This document shows, in pieces, positions 13,231 through 27,196 of a stretch of 64,000 bases of DNA. The notes beneath the pieces are model-generated. The model did not search any database. It had not been told where the DNA came from and saw only the letters and a program-made list of their open reading frames with translations. The position numbers and the translations under genes were made by a program. The stretch lies in contig CM119270.1 of assembly GCA_051294375.1 (NCBI GenBank), forward strand, positions 5,557,452-5,621,451, given 5' to 3'. Positions within the stretch are counted from its first letter, which is position 1. Every line of letters begins with the position of its first letter. The stretch is from Paraspadella gotoi (Eukaryota; Animalia; Chaetognatha).

Positions 13231-13500
13231 TAGGTTGCGCCACGAGTACTCGCGGAAGCAACTCTATTTTCGGTCGGGGGTCCGTGGTATATGTCTGTTT
13301 GTCTGTCCTACTTATGTTTAAAAACGCTTATAACTTGCCTTATAGTTTGTTGCTCATTATTAATAAAAATAAATCTAAGCAACTACTGCGCCGCATTTTG
13401 TTTTTTTAAAGAAATCTAATAAACTATTAAGGAAATTAAATGATCATGATAAGTAAAAGAAAGTAATGCGGCGCAACGACCTTGGACAACCGTCTTTGTT
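13231..13500 (+). mobile_element. HINE/DINE-1-like non-autonomous Helentron-type element (also ~18504-18767 and ~27291-27551)
   Basis: T-rich flank, 5' subterminal GTTGCGCC with an internal inverted partner (...GCAACTCTAT), GTCY microsatellite, 3' inverted GGCGCAAC, then a short imperfect hairpin and T-run. This is the established HINE layout. Confidence 0.6.
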
Positions 13501-13701
13501 CTTTTTATTTTCTTTCTCAACTTATGCCTTTTAGTACTTCTCCCCTTTCTTCCCTCTTTTGTTTCTCCTCCCTCCGACATTTATAAAATTTCTGTTTTTT
13601 CGTTGTTTTTTTCAAAGATTTCAATGTTTTCCTTTTTTAATGTCAAAAATCAAAACATTTTCCGTCAACCTATATTTTTTTTTCCTTATCCATTTCAGTC
13701 A

Positions 13702-13958
13702 TGTATGAAATTGGTACAACCAATATATAAGTTGTCTATTTCATGAATAAATAAGCTATCTTGCTCCTGACTTTGGGACAGGCCTTACAAGATAATGACA
13801 TAGCAGGTCCCTGCCCAAGCTTTTCAAAATTTTCAAAAAGGACTTCTCTCAAACAAGGGGTTCTTGTTAATTCACTCCCAGAGTACCTGGCCTCCCTATC
13901 AATGAAGTGGTATATATTTTTCAAAGAATTTTCAATCGTATATTGTTGGAGCTGAACA
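13702..13958. mobile_element. Interspersed repeat A, internally deleted copy with TG...CA ends and CAGTCA flanks
   Basis: cagtca|TGTATGAAATTGG...GCTGAACA|cagtca; homologous to 3220-3540. Confidence 0.65.
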
Positions 13959-15673
13959 CAGTCATCTAATCTATTTTTATTCTTCAGTCTTACTTTGCCT
14001 TTTTATCTTACAACTAATTCTCCTTTCTAATCCGCCAAAAAATCTTTCTTTTTTCTATTTTCGATCTTTTTTTTTTTTCTTATTTATCGGTCTTCCATTT
14101 TTTCTTTTTCCTTTTTCTTCCTTCACCTTCTTCCCTCTCACTCCTCCTCCTCCTACCACCGTCTCCCTCTACTCCATCTCTCACCTTTTTCACTTATCCA
14201 TCTCCTTCCTCCTCCTCCTCCTCCTCCTCTCCTCCCCTCCTCCTCCTCCCTCTTTACCTTAAGTTATTGCCCCAAAAAGACGAGATTAACGCGATCGGAC
14301 GCGTTTTTTCGTTGCCAACGGGGAGACAGCGCGTCCGTCTTGGCGACGCCTTGTCACTACCTCATGGGTTATAAACGCTTTAAACGTTTTCTAGAAAAAT
14401 TTTCTTTCTTTCCGCTTCCCGCGACCCTTCCATGACCGCTTCTGGCTTTATTTTTCATATTCTTCTCGCAACGCTACCGTACCTCATCTGCTTCTGGCTT
14501 CCCTTTTTGTCCGCTTCTCGTAACGCTACCTCATCCGCTTCTGGCTTTGCTTCTCGCGTCGCTACCTCATCCGCTTCTGGCATTCCCGTCTGGTCTCATC
14601 ATCGCATCTACTCTGCTTTTTTTTCGCTTTCGTGAGTTTGAAAAGAAAAAAAAANNNNNNNNNNNNNNNNNNNNNNNNNAACAAACGAGAAGAGACGGAG
14701 GAGTGGAGGTGGGGTGGGGGCGTGAGTGAAAAGAAAGTGTTTGTTCATAAAGAGGAAGAGAGAGAAGAAAAGTGAGAGAGAGCAGAGAGAGAGAGAGAGA
14801 GAAGAGAGAGAGACGACGAGAGAGAAAAGAGGAGAGGAGAGAAGAGGAGTGCTGTTTGGCTGGAATAAAATAAGTTACCGTAAATTCGATTAACAAATTT
14901 AAACAAATCATTTCTCAAAGAAATTTAAATAACTTTTAAACTTTAAAAAGCAATTCAAAAAAATTTTTGTCTTTTTAAAACGTTTACTGTCTAATAAATG
15001 AAAAGCGCAATTTGTGGAGGGTTAAGTAGTTTTTTGGAATATTGTGGTTTTTTTTAGTCTATTGAACGTGGGATTGAAATATAATAATACCATAACTTAT
15101 TCAACGTACACGTAAACTTCCATCCACGGAATCGGAATTAATAACAGGGACTGGATTTATCGGTCTGTGACGGTAAAATTGAACAAACTTCTCAAGGAAG
15201 AAAGGATATAAGAAGAAACTTGTCATTCTACTCTATTAGGTTTTTTTCTTACTCTCTCTCTCTTCTCTTCTCTCTCTCTTCTCTCTCCTCTCTTCTCTTC
15301 TTCTCCTACCCGCTCCTAGCCGACCTGGACGTGATAACATTGTCCTTGTGAGATAACGTGAATTTTCTTTCCTTTGTGACGGACTTAATTCACTCACAGC
15401 TTGCGTCTTTTTCTCTCTTTGTCCTTTGTCATTTTGTCATATCAGTCTCCTTCCTTACACGTGTTTTTCCCCCCAATTTTTTTTCTGTTTTCTGTTGTTT
15501 CTGTTTTTCTTCGGATCGAAATCATAAAATGTCTCTTTGTTTTCTCTCTTTTTCTCCTTTCGTTTCTCTTTTTCACCCATTGAAAGAAGGAATTCTCGCT
15601 TTTTAATTCCTATTATCAAGTCATCACCATCATCACCATCATCATCATCACCATCATCATCATCTTTCATCAT

Positions 15674-15713
<40 letters not shown>

Positions 15714-16087
15714 ATACCTTTCTAACACAGTGTTTTAAATCCATATAATGTCGTCCCAGATCGAAAATAGCTCCACCTCACATTTTTTCTTTTTAAATTC
15801 TTCCTTTCCCATCAACAACCTTCTATCTTTGTAATCACATCACTTCTCAACCTTTTTTATTCCCCTCCTCCCTTTTAAATCCCCACTCCCCTTTTTATTC
15901 CCCTCCTCCCCCTTTCTCAATCCCCTCCTATCCCCTAAATCCCCTCATTCCCACTTTTTAATCCCTGGATCACTTAAGTGAATGATTCTCCCCTGAGAAT
16001 ATCTCATCAAAAAAAACGGGATCCCTAGAGGAAACCTTTGGCGTTCGGAATCGTGACATTGGCTCTCGCTCTCTCTCTCTTCTCCCG

Positions 16088-16125
<38 letters not shown>

Positions 16126-17768
16126 CTCTCTTTCGTTTATCCCATTGGCTTCAAAATGGCATCCATGTTTTCCCCGCTCTCTTTTCATACCCAGCTTTCT
16201 CCTTAGAACTCTTTTCTCTCATTAAATACTTGATCTTTTCTCCCTTTTCATTCTTTAAATTTTCCTATCTAATCTATCTTTAAGTTTTGTCGTTCCACTT
16301 ATCATCTTAAATTTTGCAATCTTTATTATTCCTTTCTCGTCAGGTCTTTAATTTCTTTAATCCCTGCCACCAACACATTCCCCCTTTTCCTCCCTCTTTT
16401 CCCTTGTCCTCTCTTATCCCCTCCCCCCCACATTTCCCCCTTTCTCCCTCTCTTTCCCGTCCCCTCTTATCCCCTGGTCCCCCATATTTCCCCTTATACC
16501 TCCCTCTTTTTCCCTTGTCCGCCTTCCTCTTAATTTATCCCCGTATTCCTCTGCCACTTCCCCTCATCGGCTCCTTCCCCTTCTCCCTGCTATTTGGCTT
16601 CTCCCAAGGGAAAGATTACGGACTAAGAGTCGTGGCTTACGCTGGTCGAAGTTAGAATCGTTTTTACTCACCCGCCAAAGAAACTTACCTGGGTTGCTGG
16701 GCTAAAAAACCCCGGATCTTCCTTCCTCGTCTCCTCTTTCAATTTCTGATCTCAATCATCGGACGACGGATTTTACTTTTCCGATTGGCTAAAACTTTTT
16801 TGTCGGAGATTTGCTTCACATGATTTCTTTCACTTGATTCGTATTTCTTCCTACTTCTTATCTTTCTTCTTTATCTTCTTTTCTTTCTTTCTTTCTTATT
16901 CTCCTTGCGTTTCTTGTCTTTCTTTCTCATTTCGTTCATCTTCTCTTTCTTACCATCCGCCGGTTGTACTTCTCTTCTTTCTTCGCTCTGTATTTTCTTT
17001 CTTTCTTATTATTTTTTTTTAATGTTTTTTTCATTCCGTTTCCATCTTTTCTCTTACTTATATTTGGGACTGTTTCTCTTTCTTTTTGAGGTTCTGACAC
17101 TTTTCAATTTTAGCTTCTTTACCTTAAAATATTACCCACGAAAGCCACGCAGTCTCTGGGCGTTAATCCGCTTAGACACTTACCTCACTTGGCTGAATTC
17201 GCCCTTTACCTTCGTGACACGCCCAGCCTCTCTTTACCTCTTCCTTACCTGGCCCTAAGTCACGGACCTCATTATCTCGTCTATGGAAGAGGAAGCGAAG
17301 GAAAGAGAATGAAATTAAGAGGGAAAGAAGAAAATGGAAGAAAGAAAAGAAAGAAAAGGAAAGAATTTGGTGGAAGATGGGAATGAAAGGGTATGAAAAG
17401 GAAAATTAGGAACTTTTTAAAGTACTACATTATTGTCAGGAGAAAAAAAATAAGAGAGACAGGAATTGGTAAACGAAGAAGTATTATGAAAGAGAAAAGT
17501 AGAATGATGCTAGGGAGAATAGGAAGAAGATAAACGAAGAAGGAAAAAAATTATCTTTGCCTGCCAGATTTTCCATCGTAAAAAAAAAAGGATAAACTAA
17601 AAAGTGGTTGAAGTCTCTTCCATATTCCGTTTCTTGGGGCAGAGACAAAGTTGGGAGCGGGAGTCATCCCTGGCCCTCGCTCGTTATTACGCTGCCGTGG
17701 ATTAATGATGGACGCGTTTCGGCCTTGTTCGTCTCTCATCATCTCTCCTCGTCTCTCTCTCTCCTCTC

Positions 17769-17816
<48 letters not shown>

Positions 17817-19683
17817 CTCCACAAAGCCCGTAACCTTCCTTTTATATCCTCGCGAGATCTCTATTATCCTAATCCTATCCAACGATTAGTTTCATTTTCT
17901 TTTCTCCGTTCGATATTAGTTATATTACCCAATTATTATATAGTATCCAATTATGTTTTAGCTCATGTTAACTTAACTTTACTTCGTTTATATAACGCTT
18001 TTACTACTACACAATGCGTTACTATCAATATTCTCTTTCTAGTTTCTCTTTTCTCTCTTCAAGACCCCAACATACTTCTTACCTTTCTTCGCCATCGCCG
18101 GCCATCGCGCAAGCGCAATTAACGATACGTTCATGTTCCTCCTTTAAAGCCTTTTCTCTCCCTTCCTCTTCCTCCCTCCTCCCTCCCTCCCCCCTTCTCC
18201 TTCTCTTCTCTCAGTTCCTCCTTCCGCCCGCAAGAAATGGTACGTCTCCCACTTGGTTTGCCAAGGGTCTCCTCGCTTGCCATTGACGACGATAGATCAC
18301 ACCACGACGGACGCGACGGACGACAACGACGAGAACATAAGGACGACAAAAAATAGACCGACGACGACGACAGACGACGACGACAGGACGACGACGGACG
18401 AAGATTCTGGATTATAAAGGTTCATGGACTTCTCATCCATTCACTACTCGATTATATATATTGAATCTCTTTTTTGTTTTTTTGTTTGTCTAAGTTTCGT
18501 TTCTAGGTTGCGCCACGATACTCGCGGAAGCAACTCTTATTTCGTCGGGGTCCGTTGGTCATGTCTGTTTGTCTGTCCTACTTATGTTAAAACGCTTTAT
18601 AACTTGCCTTATAGTTTGTTGCTCATTTGTATAAAAATAAATCTAAGCAACTACTGCGCCGCATTTTGTTTTTTAAAGAAATCTAGATAAACTATAGGAA
18701 TTAAATGATCATGATAAGTAAAAGAAAAGTAATGCGGCGCAACACCTTGGACAACCGCTCTTCTGTTCTTTTTATTTTCTTTTTCACTTATCCATTTTAG
18801 TACTTCTCCCTCTTTCTTCCCTCTATTTGTTTCTCCTGCCCTCCGACATTTATAAAATCTTCTGTTTTTTCGTTGTTTTTTTTCAAAGTTTCATATGTTT
18901 TCCTTTTTTAATGTCAAAAATCAAAACATTTTCCCGTCAACCTATATTTTTTTTCCTTACTCCATTTCAGTCATGTAATGAAATTGGTACAACTAATATA
19001 TAAGTATGCTATTTCATGTGAATAAGAATAAGCTATCTTTGCTCCTGACTTTGGGACAGGCCTTACAAGATAATGACATAAGCAGGTCCCTGCCCAAGCT
19101 TTTTTTCAAATTCAAAAAGGACTTTATCTCTTCAACAACAGGGTTCTTTGTTTAATTCACTCCCAGAGTACCTGGCCTCCCTATCAATGAAGTGGCTATA
19201 ATTTTTCAAAGATATGTTTCAATCGATATATGTTGAGCTGAACACATCATCTAATCTATTTTTATTCTTAGTCTTACTTTGCCTTTTATCTTACAACTAA
19301 TTCTCCTTTCTAATCCGCCAAAAAATTCTTTCTTTTTTCTATTTTCGATCTTTTTTTTTTTTTTCTTTTTAATGGTCTTCCTTTTTATCTTTTTCCTTTT
19401 TCTTCCTCACCTTCTTCCCTCTCACTCCTCCCTCCTCCTACTCACCTCTTCCCTACTACTCCATCTCTCACCTTTATTCACTTTCCATCTCCTTTCCTCT
19501 CCTCCTCCTCCTCCTCTCCTCCTCCTCCTCTCTCCTCCCTCTTAACCTCAAGTTATTGCTCCCCAAAAGACGAGATTAACGCGATCGGACGCGTTTTTTC
19601 CGTTGCCACGGGGAGACAGCGCGTCGTCTTGGCGACGCCTTGTCACTACCTCATGGGTTATAAACGCTTTAAACGTTTTCTAG

Positions 19684-19723
<40 letters not shown>

Positions 19724-20121
19724 TGTTGCTGGAATAAAATAAGTACCGTAAATTCGATACAAATTTAAACAAATCATTTCTCAAAGACAATTTAAATAAC
19801 TTTTTAAACTTTAAAAAGCAATTCAAAAAAAATTTTTTGTCTTTTTTAAAAACGTTTACTTGTCTAATAAATGAAAAACGCAATTTGTGGAGGGTTAAGT
19901 AGTTTTTGGAATATTGTGGTTTTTTTTAGCTCTATTGAACGGTGGGATTGAAATAATAATTACCATACTTATTCAAGTACCGTAAACTTCCATCCACGGA
20001 ATCGGAATTAATAACAGGGACTGGATTTTATCGGTTGTGACGGTAAATTGAACAAACTTCTCAAGGAAGAAAGGATATAAGGAAGAAACTTTGTCAATTC
20101 TACTCTATTAGGTATTTTTCT

Positions 20122-20212
<91 letters not shown>

Positions 20213-20587
20213 TCTTTCTCTCTCTCTCGCTCTCTTTTACCCGCTCTCCAGGACCTGGACGTGATAACATTGTCCTTGTGAGAAACGTGAATTTCTTTCC
20301 TTTGTGACGGACTTAATTCACTCACAGCTTTGCGTCTTTTTCTCTCTTTGTCCTTGTCATTTGGTCTATCAGTCTCCTTACACTGTTTTTCCCCCCAATT
20401 TTTTTTCTGTTTTCTGTTGTTTTCTTGTTTTTTCTTCGGATCGAAATCATAAAATGTCTCTTTGTTTTTTCTCTCTTTTGTCTCCTTTCGTTTCTCTTTT
20501 TCACCCATTGAAAGAAGGATTCTCGCTTTTAATTTATATCAAGTCATCACCATCATCACCATCATCATCATCACCATCATCATCATC

Positions 20588-20636
<49 letters not shown>

Positions 20637-21814
20637 ATACCTTCTAACAAGTTTCAATTCCTATAATTGTCGTCCCAGATCGAAAATAGCTCCACCTCAC
20701 ATTTTTCTTTTAAATTCATCCTTTCCCATCAACCCTTCTATCTTTTAATCACATTCACTTCTCAACCTTTTTTATCCCCTCCTCCCTTTTAAATCCCCAC
20801 CTCCCCTTTTTATTCCCCTCCTCCCCCTTTTCAATCCCNNNNNNNNNNNNNNNNNNNNNNNNNNNNNNNNNNNNNNNNNNNNNNNNNNNNNNNNNNNNNN
20901 NNNNNNNNNNNNNNNNNNNNNNNNNNNNNNNNNNNNNNNNNNNNNNNNNNNNNNNNNNNNNNNNNNNNNNNNNNNNNNNNNNNNNNNNNNNNNNNNNNNN
21001 NNNNNNNNNNNNNNNNNNNNNNNNNNNNNNNNNNNNNNNNNNNNNNNNNNNNNNNNNNNNNNNNNNNNNNNNNNNNNNNNNNNNNNNNNNNNNNNTCTCT
21101 CTCTCTCTCTCTCTTTTATCCATTGGCTTTCAAATGGCATCCATGTTTCCCCGCTCTCTTTTCAACTCCAGCTCTCTTAGAACTCTTTTCTCTCATTAAA
21201 TACTTGATCTTTTCTCCCTTTCATTCTTTATAATTTTCCTATCTATATCTATCTTTTGTTTTTGTCGTTCCACTTATCATCTTAAATTTGCAATCTTNNN
21301 NNNNNNNNNNNNNNNNNNNNNNNNNNNNNNNNNNNNNNNNNNNNNNNNNNNNNNNNNNNNNNNNNNNNNNNNNNNNNNNNNNNNNNNNNNNNNNNNNNNN
21401 NNNNNNNNNNNNNNNNNNNNNNNNNNNNNNNNNNNNNNNNNNNNNNNNNNNNNNNNNNNNNNNNNNNNNNNNNNNNNNNNNNNNNNNNNNNNNNNNNNNN
21501 NNNNNNNNNNNNNNNNNNNNNNNNNNNNNNNNNNNNNNNNNNNNNNNNNNNNNNNNNNNNNNNNNNTCCTCCCCTTCTCCCCTCTATTTGCTTCTCCCAA
21601 GGGAAAGATCTACGACTAAATCGTGGCTTCGTGTCGAAGTGAGAATCGTTTTACTCACCCGCCAAAGAAACTTACCTGGGTTCTGGGTCCCCGGATCTTC
21701 CGTTTGCCTCGTTCCTTCAATTTCCTGTCTCATCATCGGACGACGGATTTTCTTTTCCGATTGGCTAAAAACTTTTTTTCGGAGATTTGCTTTTCATGAT
21801 TTCTTCATCTTTTT

Positions 21815-21882
<68 letters not shown>

Positions 21883-21883
21883 G

Positions 21884-21920
<37 letters not shown>

Positions 21921-22616
21921 TCTGTATTTTTTTTTCTTTCTTTATTATTTTTTTTAATGTTTTTTCATTCCGTTCCATCTTTTCTTTCTTATTTTGGCTG
22001 TTTTCTTTTCTTTTTTTCACTTTCAATTTCTTTTTATTAAAATTACCACGAACGAGTCTCTGGCGTAATCCGCTTAGACACTTACCTCACTTGAATCTCC
22101 CCTTACCTTCTGACCACGCCCAGCTCTCTTTACCTCTCCTTACCTGGCCTTAAGTCACGGACCTCGTTATCTTCGTCTGAAAGAGGAAGCGAAGGAAAGA
22201 GAAGGAAATTAAGAGGAAAGAAGAAAATGGAAGAAAGAAAAGAAAGAAAGGAAAGAAATTTGGTGGAAGATGGGAATGAAAGGTATGAAAAGGAAATAGG
22301 AACTTTTTAAAGTACTACATTTTGTCAGGAGAAAAAAATAAGAGAGACAGGAATTGGTAAACGAAGAAGTATTATGAAGAGAAAAAGTAGAATGATGCTA
22401 GGGAGAAGTAGGAAGAAGATAAAGAAGAAGGAAAAAAATTATCTTTTCCTGCCAGATTTTCCATCCGTAAAAAAAAAAGGATAAACTAACAAAGGGTTTG
22501 AAGTCTCTTCCATATTCCGCCTTTCTTGGGGCAGAGACAAAGTTGGGAGCGGGAGTCATCCCTGGCCCTCGCTCGTTATTACGCTGCCGTGGAATTAATG
22601 ATGGACGGTTCGGCCT

Positions 22617-22652
<36 letters not shown>

Positions 22653-24584
22653 NNNNNNNNNNNNNNNNNNNNNNNNNTCTTCAATCATTAGATTGACATA
22701 ACAAATGTTTCTAGATCTACTTTCCATATACTCAAATTATAAGTGATTAGCATAACTCTCCAATTTCGTTATTTAATCAGGGCAAATTCCAAAAGGTTTT
22801 ATTCTGCCTTTTTCTACGTGATAATATCAAGATAGTATATCCTCAAAATGACACATTTTGTTTAATCCAATTTTACTTCCCAAATTTGGACAAATTCGCT
22901 CAATTCCTATAATAATTTGCATCGTTCCTGCATCGATATCAAACGAATTAAACTTCATTCAATGTTTATTGCATAAAAAATTGATTTTTTCGGTCACTCT
23001 GGTCTATGTTCTACCGTCTCTGTATCGCTGGAACAAGTAAAGAGCAAAGCTAAAAAAACTTACTACGAAACTATTAAAATTTACTACATCTAAGTTTAAT
23101 TTTTCTGAGTTCTACAAGCGCTGGTGCCGCTTTTCGTCCGCTTCTCCCGCGTCGCTTTTTAATATATTATTATATATTATATATATATATATGAAAATTT
23201 TGCAAATTACTTGTTTCATATTTTTTATTTTTTCTATTTTAATATTTTAATATTTTATGATGGATTTAGTATTTAATTATATTATTTATTCAAAACATAT
23301 ATTGCATATATTCTAATAATCGTCATGATTGGGCTGTGCTTTCTTTCCGCTTCCGCGGGCCCATTCCATGACTGCTCTGGCTTTATTTTTCATATTCTTC
23401 TCGCAACGCTAACGTACTCATTCTCTTCTGGCTTCCCTTTATAGTTCCGTGTTTCTTTTTATCGTAACGCGTACCTCAATCCGCTTCTGGCTTTGCTTCT
23501 CGCGTCCTACCTCATCCGTTCTGGCATTCCCGTCTGGTCTCATCCATTCGCATCTACTCTGCTTTTTTTCGCTTTCGTGAGTTGAAAAGAAAAAAATAAA
23601 CAAACGAGAAAGAGACGGAGGAGTGGAGGTGGGTGGGGGGTGAGTGAAAAGAAAGATGTTTGTTCATAAGAGAAGAGAGAAGAGAGAGAGAGAGAGAGAG
23701 AGCAAGAGAGAGAAGAGAGAGAGAGAGAGACAGAGAGAAGGAGGAAGAGGAGAAGAGAGAGAGATGCTGTTGGCTGGAATAAAATAAGTTACCGTAAATT
23801 CGATTAACAAATTTAAACAAATTCATTTCTCCAAAGACAATTTAAATAACTTTTTAACTTAAATAAGCAATTCAAAAAAATTTTTGTCTTTTTAAAAACG
23901 TTTACTGTCTAATAAATGAAAAGACGCAATTTGTTGAGGGTTAAGTAGTTTTTGGAATATTGTGGTTTTTTTTAGCTCTATTGAACGTGGGATTGAAATA
24001 TAATAATACCATAACTTATTCAAGTACCGTAAAACTTCCATCCACGGAATCCGAATAATAACAGGGACTGGATTTATCGGTTTGACGGTTAAAATTGAAC
24101 AAACTTCTCAAGAAGAAAGGATATAAGAAGAAACTTTGTCATTCTACTCTATTAGGTATTTTTTCTTACTCTCTCTCTCTCTCTTCTCTTCTTCTCTCGT
24201 CTCTCTCCTACCCGCCTTTTCTCTTCCTCCTATCGTTCAGACTGGACGTGATAACATTGTCCTTGTGAGAGAACGTTGAATTTTCTTTCCTTTGTGACGG
24301 ACTTATTCACTCACAGCTTTGCGTCTTTTTCTCTCTTTGTCCTTGTCATTTTGTCATATCAGCTCTTGTCCTTACACGGTTTTTCCCCCCAATTTTTTTT
24401 CTGTTTTCTGTTGTTTCTGTTTTCTTCGCGATCGAAATCATAAAATGTCTCTTGTTTTTTCTTCTTTTGTCTCTTTCGTTTCTCTTTTTCACCATTGAAA
24501 GAAGGAATTCCGCTTTTAATCCTATTATCAAGTCATCACCATCATCACCATCATCATCATCACCATCATCATCATCTATCATCA

Positions 24585-24624
<40 letters not shown>

Positions 24625-25010
24625 ATACCTTTCTAACACAGTTTCTAAATCCATATAATGTCGTCCCAGATCGAAAATAGCTCCACCCTCACATTTTTTC
24701 TTTTTTTAAATTCTATCCTTTCCCATCAAACCTTCTATTTGTAATCACATTCACTTCTCAAACCTTTTTTATCCCCTCCTCCCTTTAAATCCCCCCTCCC
24801 CTTTTTATTCCCCTCCTCCCCCTTTCTCAATCCCCTCCTACCCTCAAATCCCCTCATTCCCATTTTTAATCCCTGGATCACTTAAGTGAATGATTCTCCC
24901 CTGAGAATTATCTCATCAAAAAAAAAACGGATCCCTAGAGGAAACCTTTGGCGTTGGAATCGTGACATTGGCTCCTCGCTCTCTCTCTTCTCTCTTCTGC
25001 CCGTCTCTCT

Positions 25011-25044
<34 letters not shown>

Positions 25045-25731
25045 GTCTCTTTTTATCCATTGGCTTCAAAATGGCATCCATGTTTCCCCGCTCTCTTTTC
25101 ATTACTCCAGCTTCTCTTAGAACTCTTTTCTCTCATTAAATACTTGATCTTTTCTCCCTTTCATTCTTTATAATTTCCTATCATAATCTATCTTTGTTTT
25201 GTCGTTCCACTTATCATCTTTAAATTTTCAATCTATTTATTCCTTTCTCGTCAGGTCTTTACATTTCTTTATCCCCTGCCCCTCACACATTCCCCCTTTC
25301 CTCCCTCTTTTTCCCTGTCCCCTCTCTTATCCCCTCCCCCCCACATTTCCCCCTTTCCGTCCCTCTCTTTCCCTGTCCCCTCTTATCCCCTGGCCCCATA
25401 TTTCCCCTTTCCTCCCTCTTTATTCCCTGTCCTCCTCTCCTCTTAAATCCCCGTATTCCTCTCCACTCCCCTCATCGGCTCCTCCCCTTCTCCCCTTATT
25501 TGCTTCTCCCAAGGGAAAGATCTACGACTAAATCGTGGCTTCGTGTCGAAGTTAGAATCGTTTTACTCACCCGCCAAAGAAACTTACCTGGGTTCTGGGT
25601 CCCCGGATCTTCCGTTTGCCTCGTTCCTCAATTTCCTGTCTCATCATCGGACGACGGATTTTCTTTTCCGATTGGCTAAAAACTTTTTTTCGGAGATTTG
25701 CTTTCATGATTTCTTTCATCTTTTTACTTAT

Positions 25732-25763
<32 letters not shown>

Positions 25764-25792
25764 TTCTTTCTTTCTTTCTTCTTTCTTTCTTG

Positions 25793-25829
<37 letters not shown>

Positions 25830-26532
25830 TCTGCTATTTTTTTCTTTCTTATTATTTTTTTTAATGTTTTTTTCATTCCGTTCCATCTTTTCTTTCTTAT
25901 TTTGGCTGTTTTCTTTCTTTTTTTCACTTTTCAATTTTCTTTTTATTTAAAATTACCACGAACGAGTCTCTGGCGTTAATCCGCTTAGACACTTACCTCA
26001 CTTTGAATCTCCCCTTACCTTCTGACCACGCCCAGCCTCTCTTTACCTCTCCTTACCTGGCCTAAGTCACGGACCTCGTTATCTCGTCTAGAAGAGGAAG
26101 CGAAAGGAAAGAGAAGGAAATTAAGAGGGAAAGAAGAAAATGGAAGAAAGAAAAGAAAGAAAGGAAAGAAATTTGGTGGAAGATGGGAATGAAAGGTTAT
26201 GAAAAGGAAATAGGAACTTTTTAAAGTACTACATTTTGTCAGGAGAAAAAAATAAGAGAGACAGGAATTGGTAAACGAAGAAGTATTATGAAAAGAGAAA
26301 GTAGAATGATGCTAGGGAGAAGTAGGAAGAAGATAAAGAAGAAGGAAAAAAATTATTCTTTCCTGCCAGATTTTCCATCGTAAAAAAAAAAGGATAAACT
26401 AACAAAGTGTGAAGTCTCTTCCATATTCCGCCTTTCTTGGGGCAGAGACAAAGTTGGGAGCGGGAGTCATCCCTGGCCCTCGCTCGTTATTACGCTGCCG
26501 TGGAATTAATGATGGACGGTTCGGCCTTGTCG

Positions 26533-26589
<57 letters not shown>

Positions 26590-27155
26590 ACTCTCTCTCT
26601 CTCTCTCTCCTACTAACTCTCTCCACAAATGCCCCGTAAACCTTCCTTTATATCTCTCGGCGAGATCTCGTATTATCCTAATCCATCCAACGTTAGTTTC
26701 ATTTTCTTTCTCTCCGTTCGATATTAGTTATATTACCCAATTATATATTATAGTATCCAATTATGTTTTAGCTCATGTTAACTTAACTTTACTTCGTTAT
26801 ATAACGCTTTTACTACTACACAATGCGTTACTAAATATTCTCTTTCTAGTTTCTCTTTTCCTCTCTCAAGACCCCAACATTACTTCTACCTTTCTTCGCC
26901 ATCGCCGGCTCATCGCGCAAGCGCAATAACGATACGGTCATTTCCTCCTTAAACCTTTTCTCTCCCTTCCTCTTCCTCCCTACCTCCCTCCCTCCCCCCT
27001 TCTCCTTCTCTCTCTCAGTTCCTCCTTCCGCCCGCAAGAAATGGTATCGTCTCCCACTTGGTTGCCAAGGGTCTCCCTCGTTGCCATTGACGACGTAGAT
27101 CACAACCACGACGGACGCGACGACGACAACGACGAAAACAAGGACGACAAAAATA

Positions 27156-27196
<41 letters not shown>

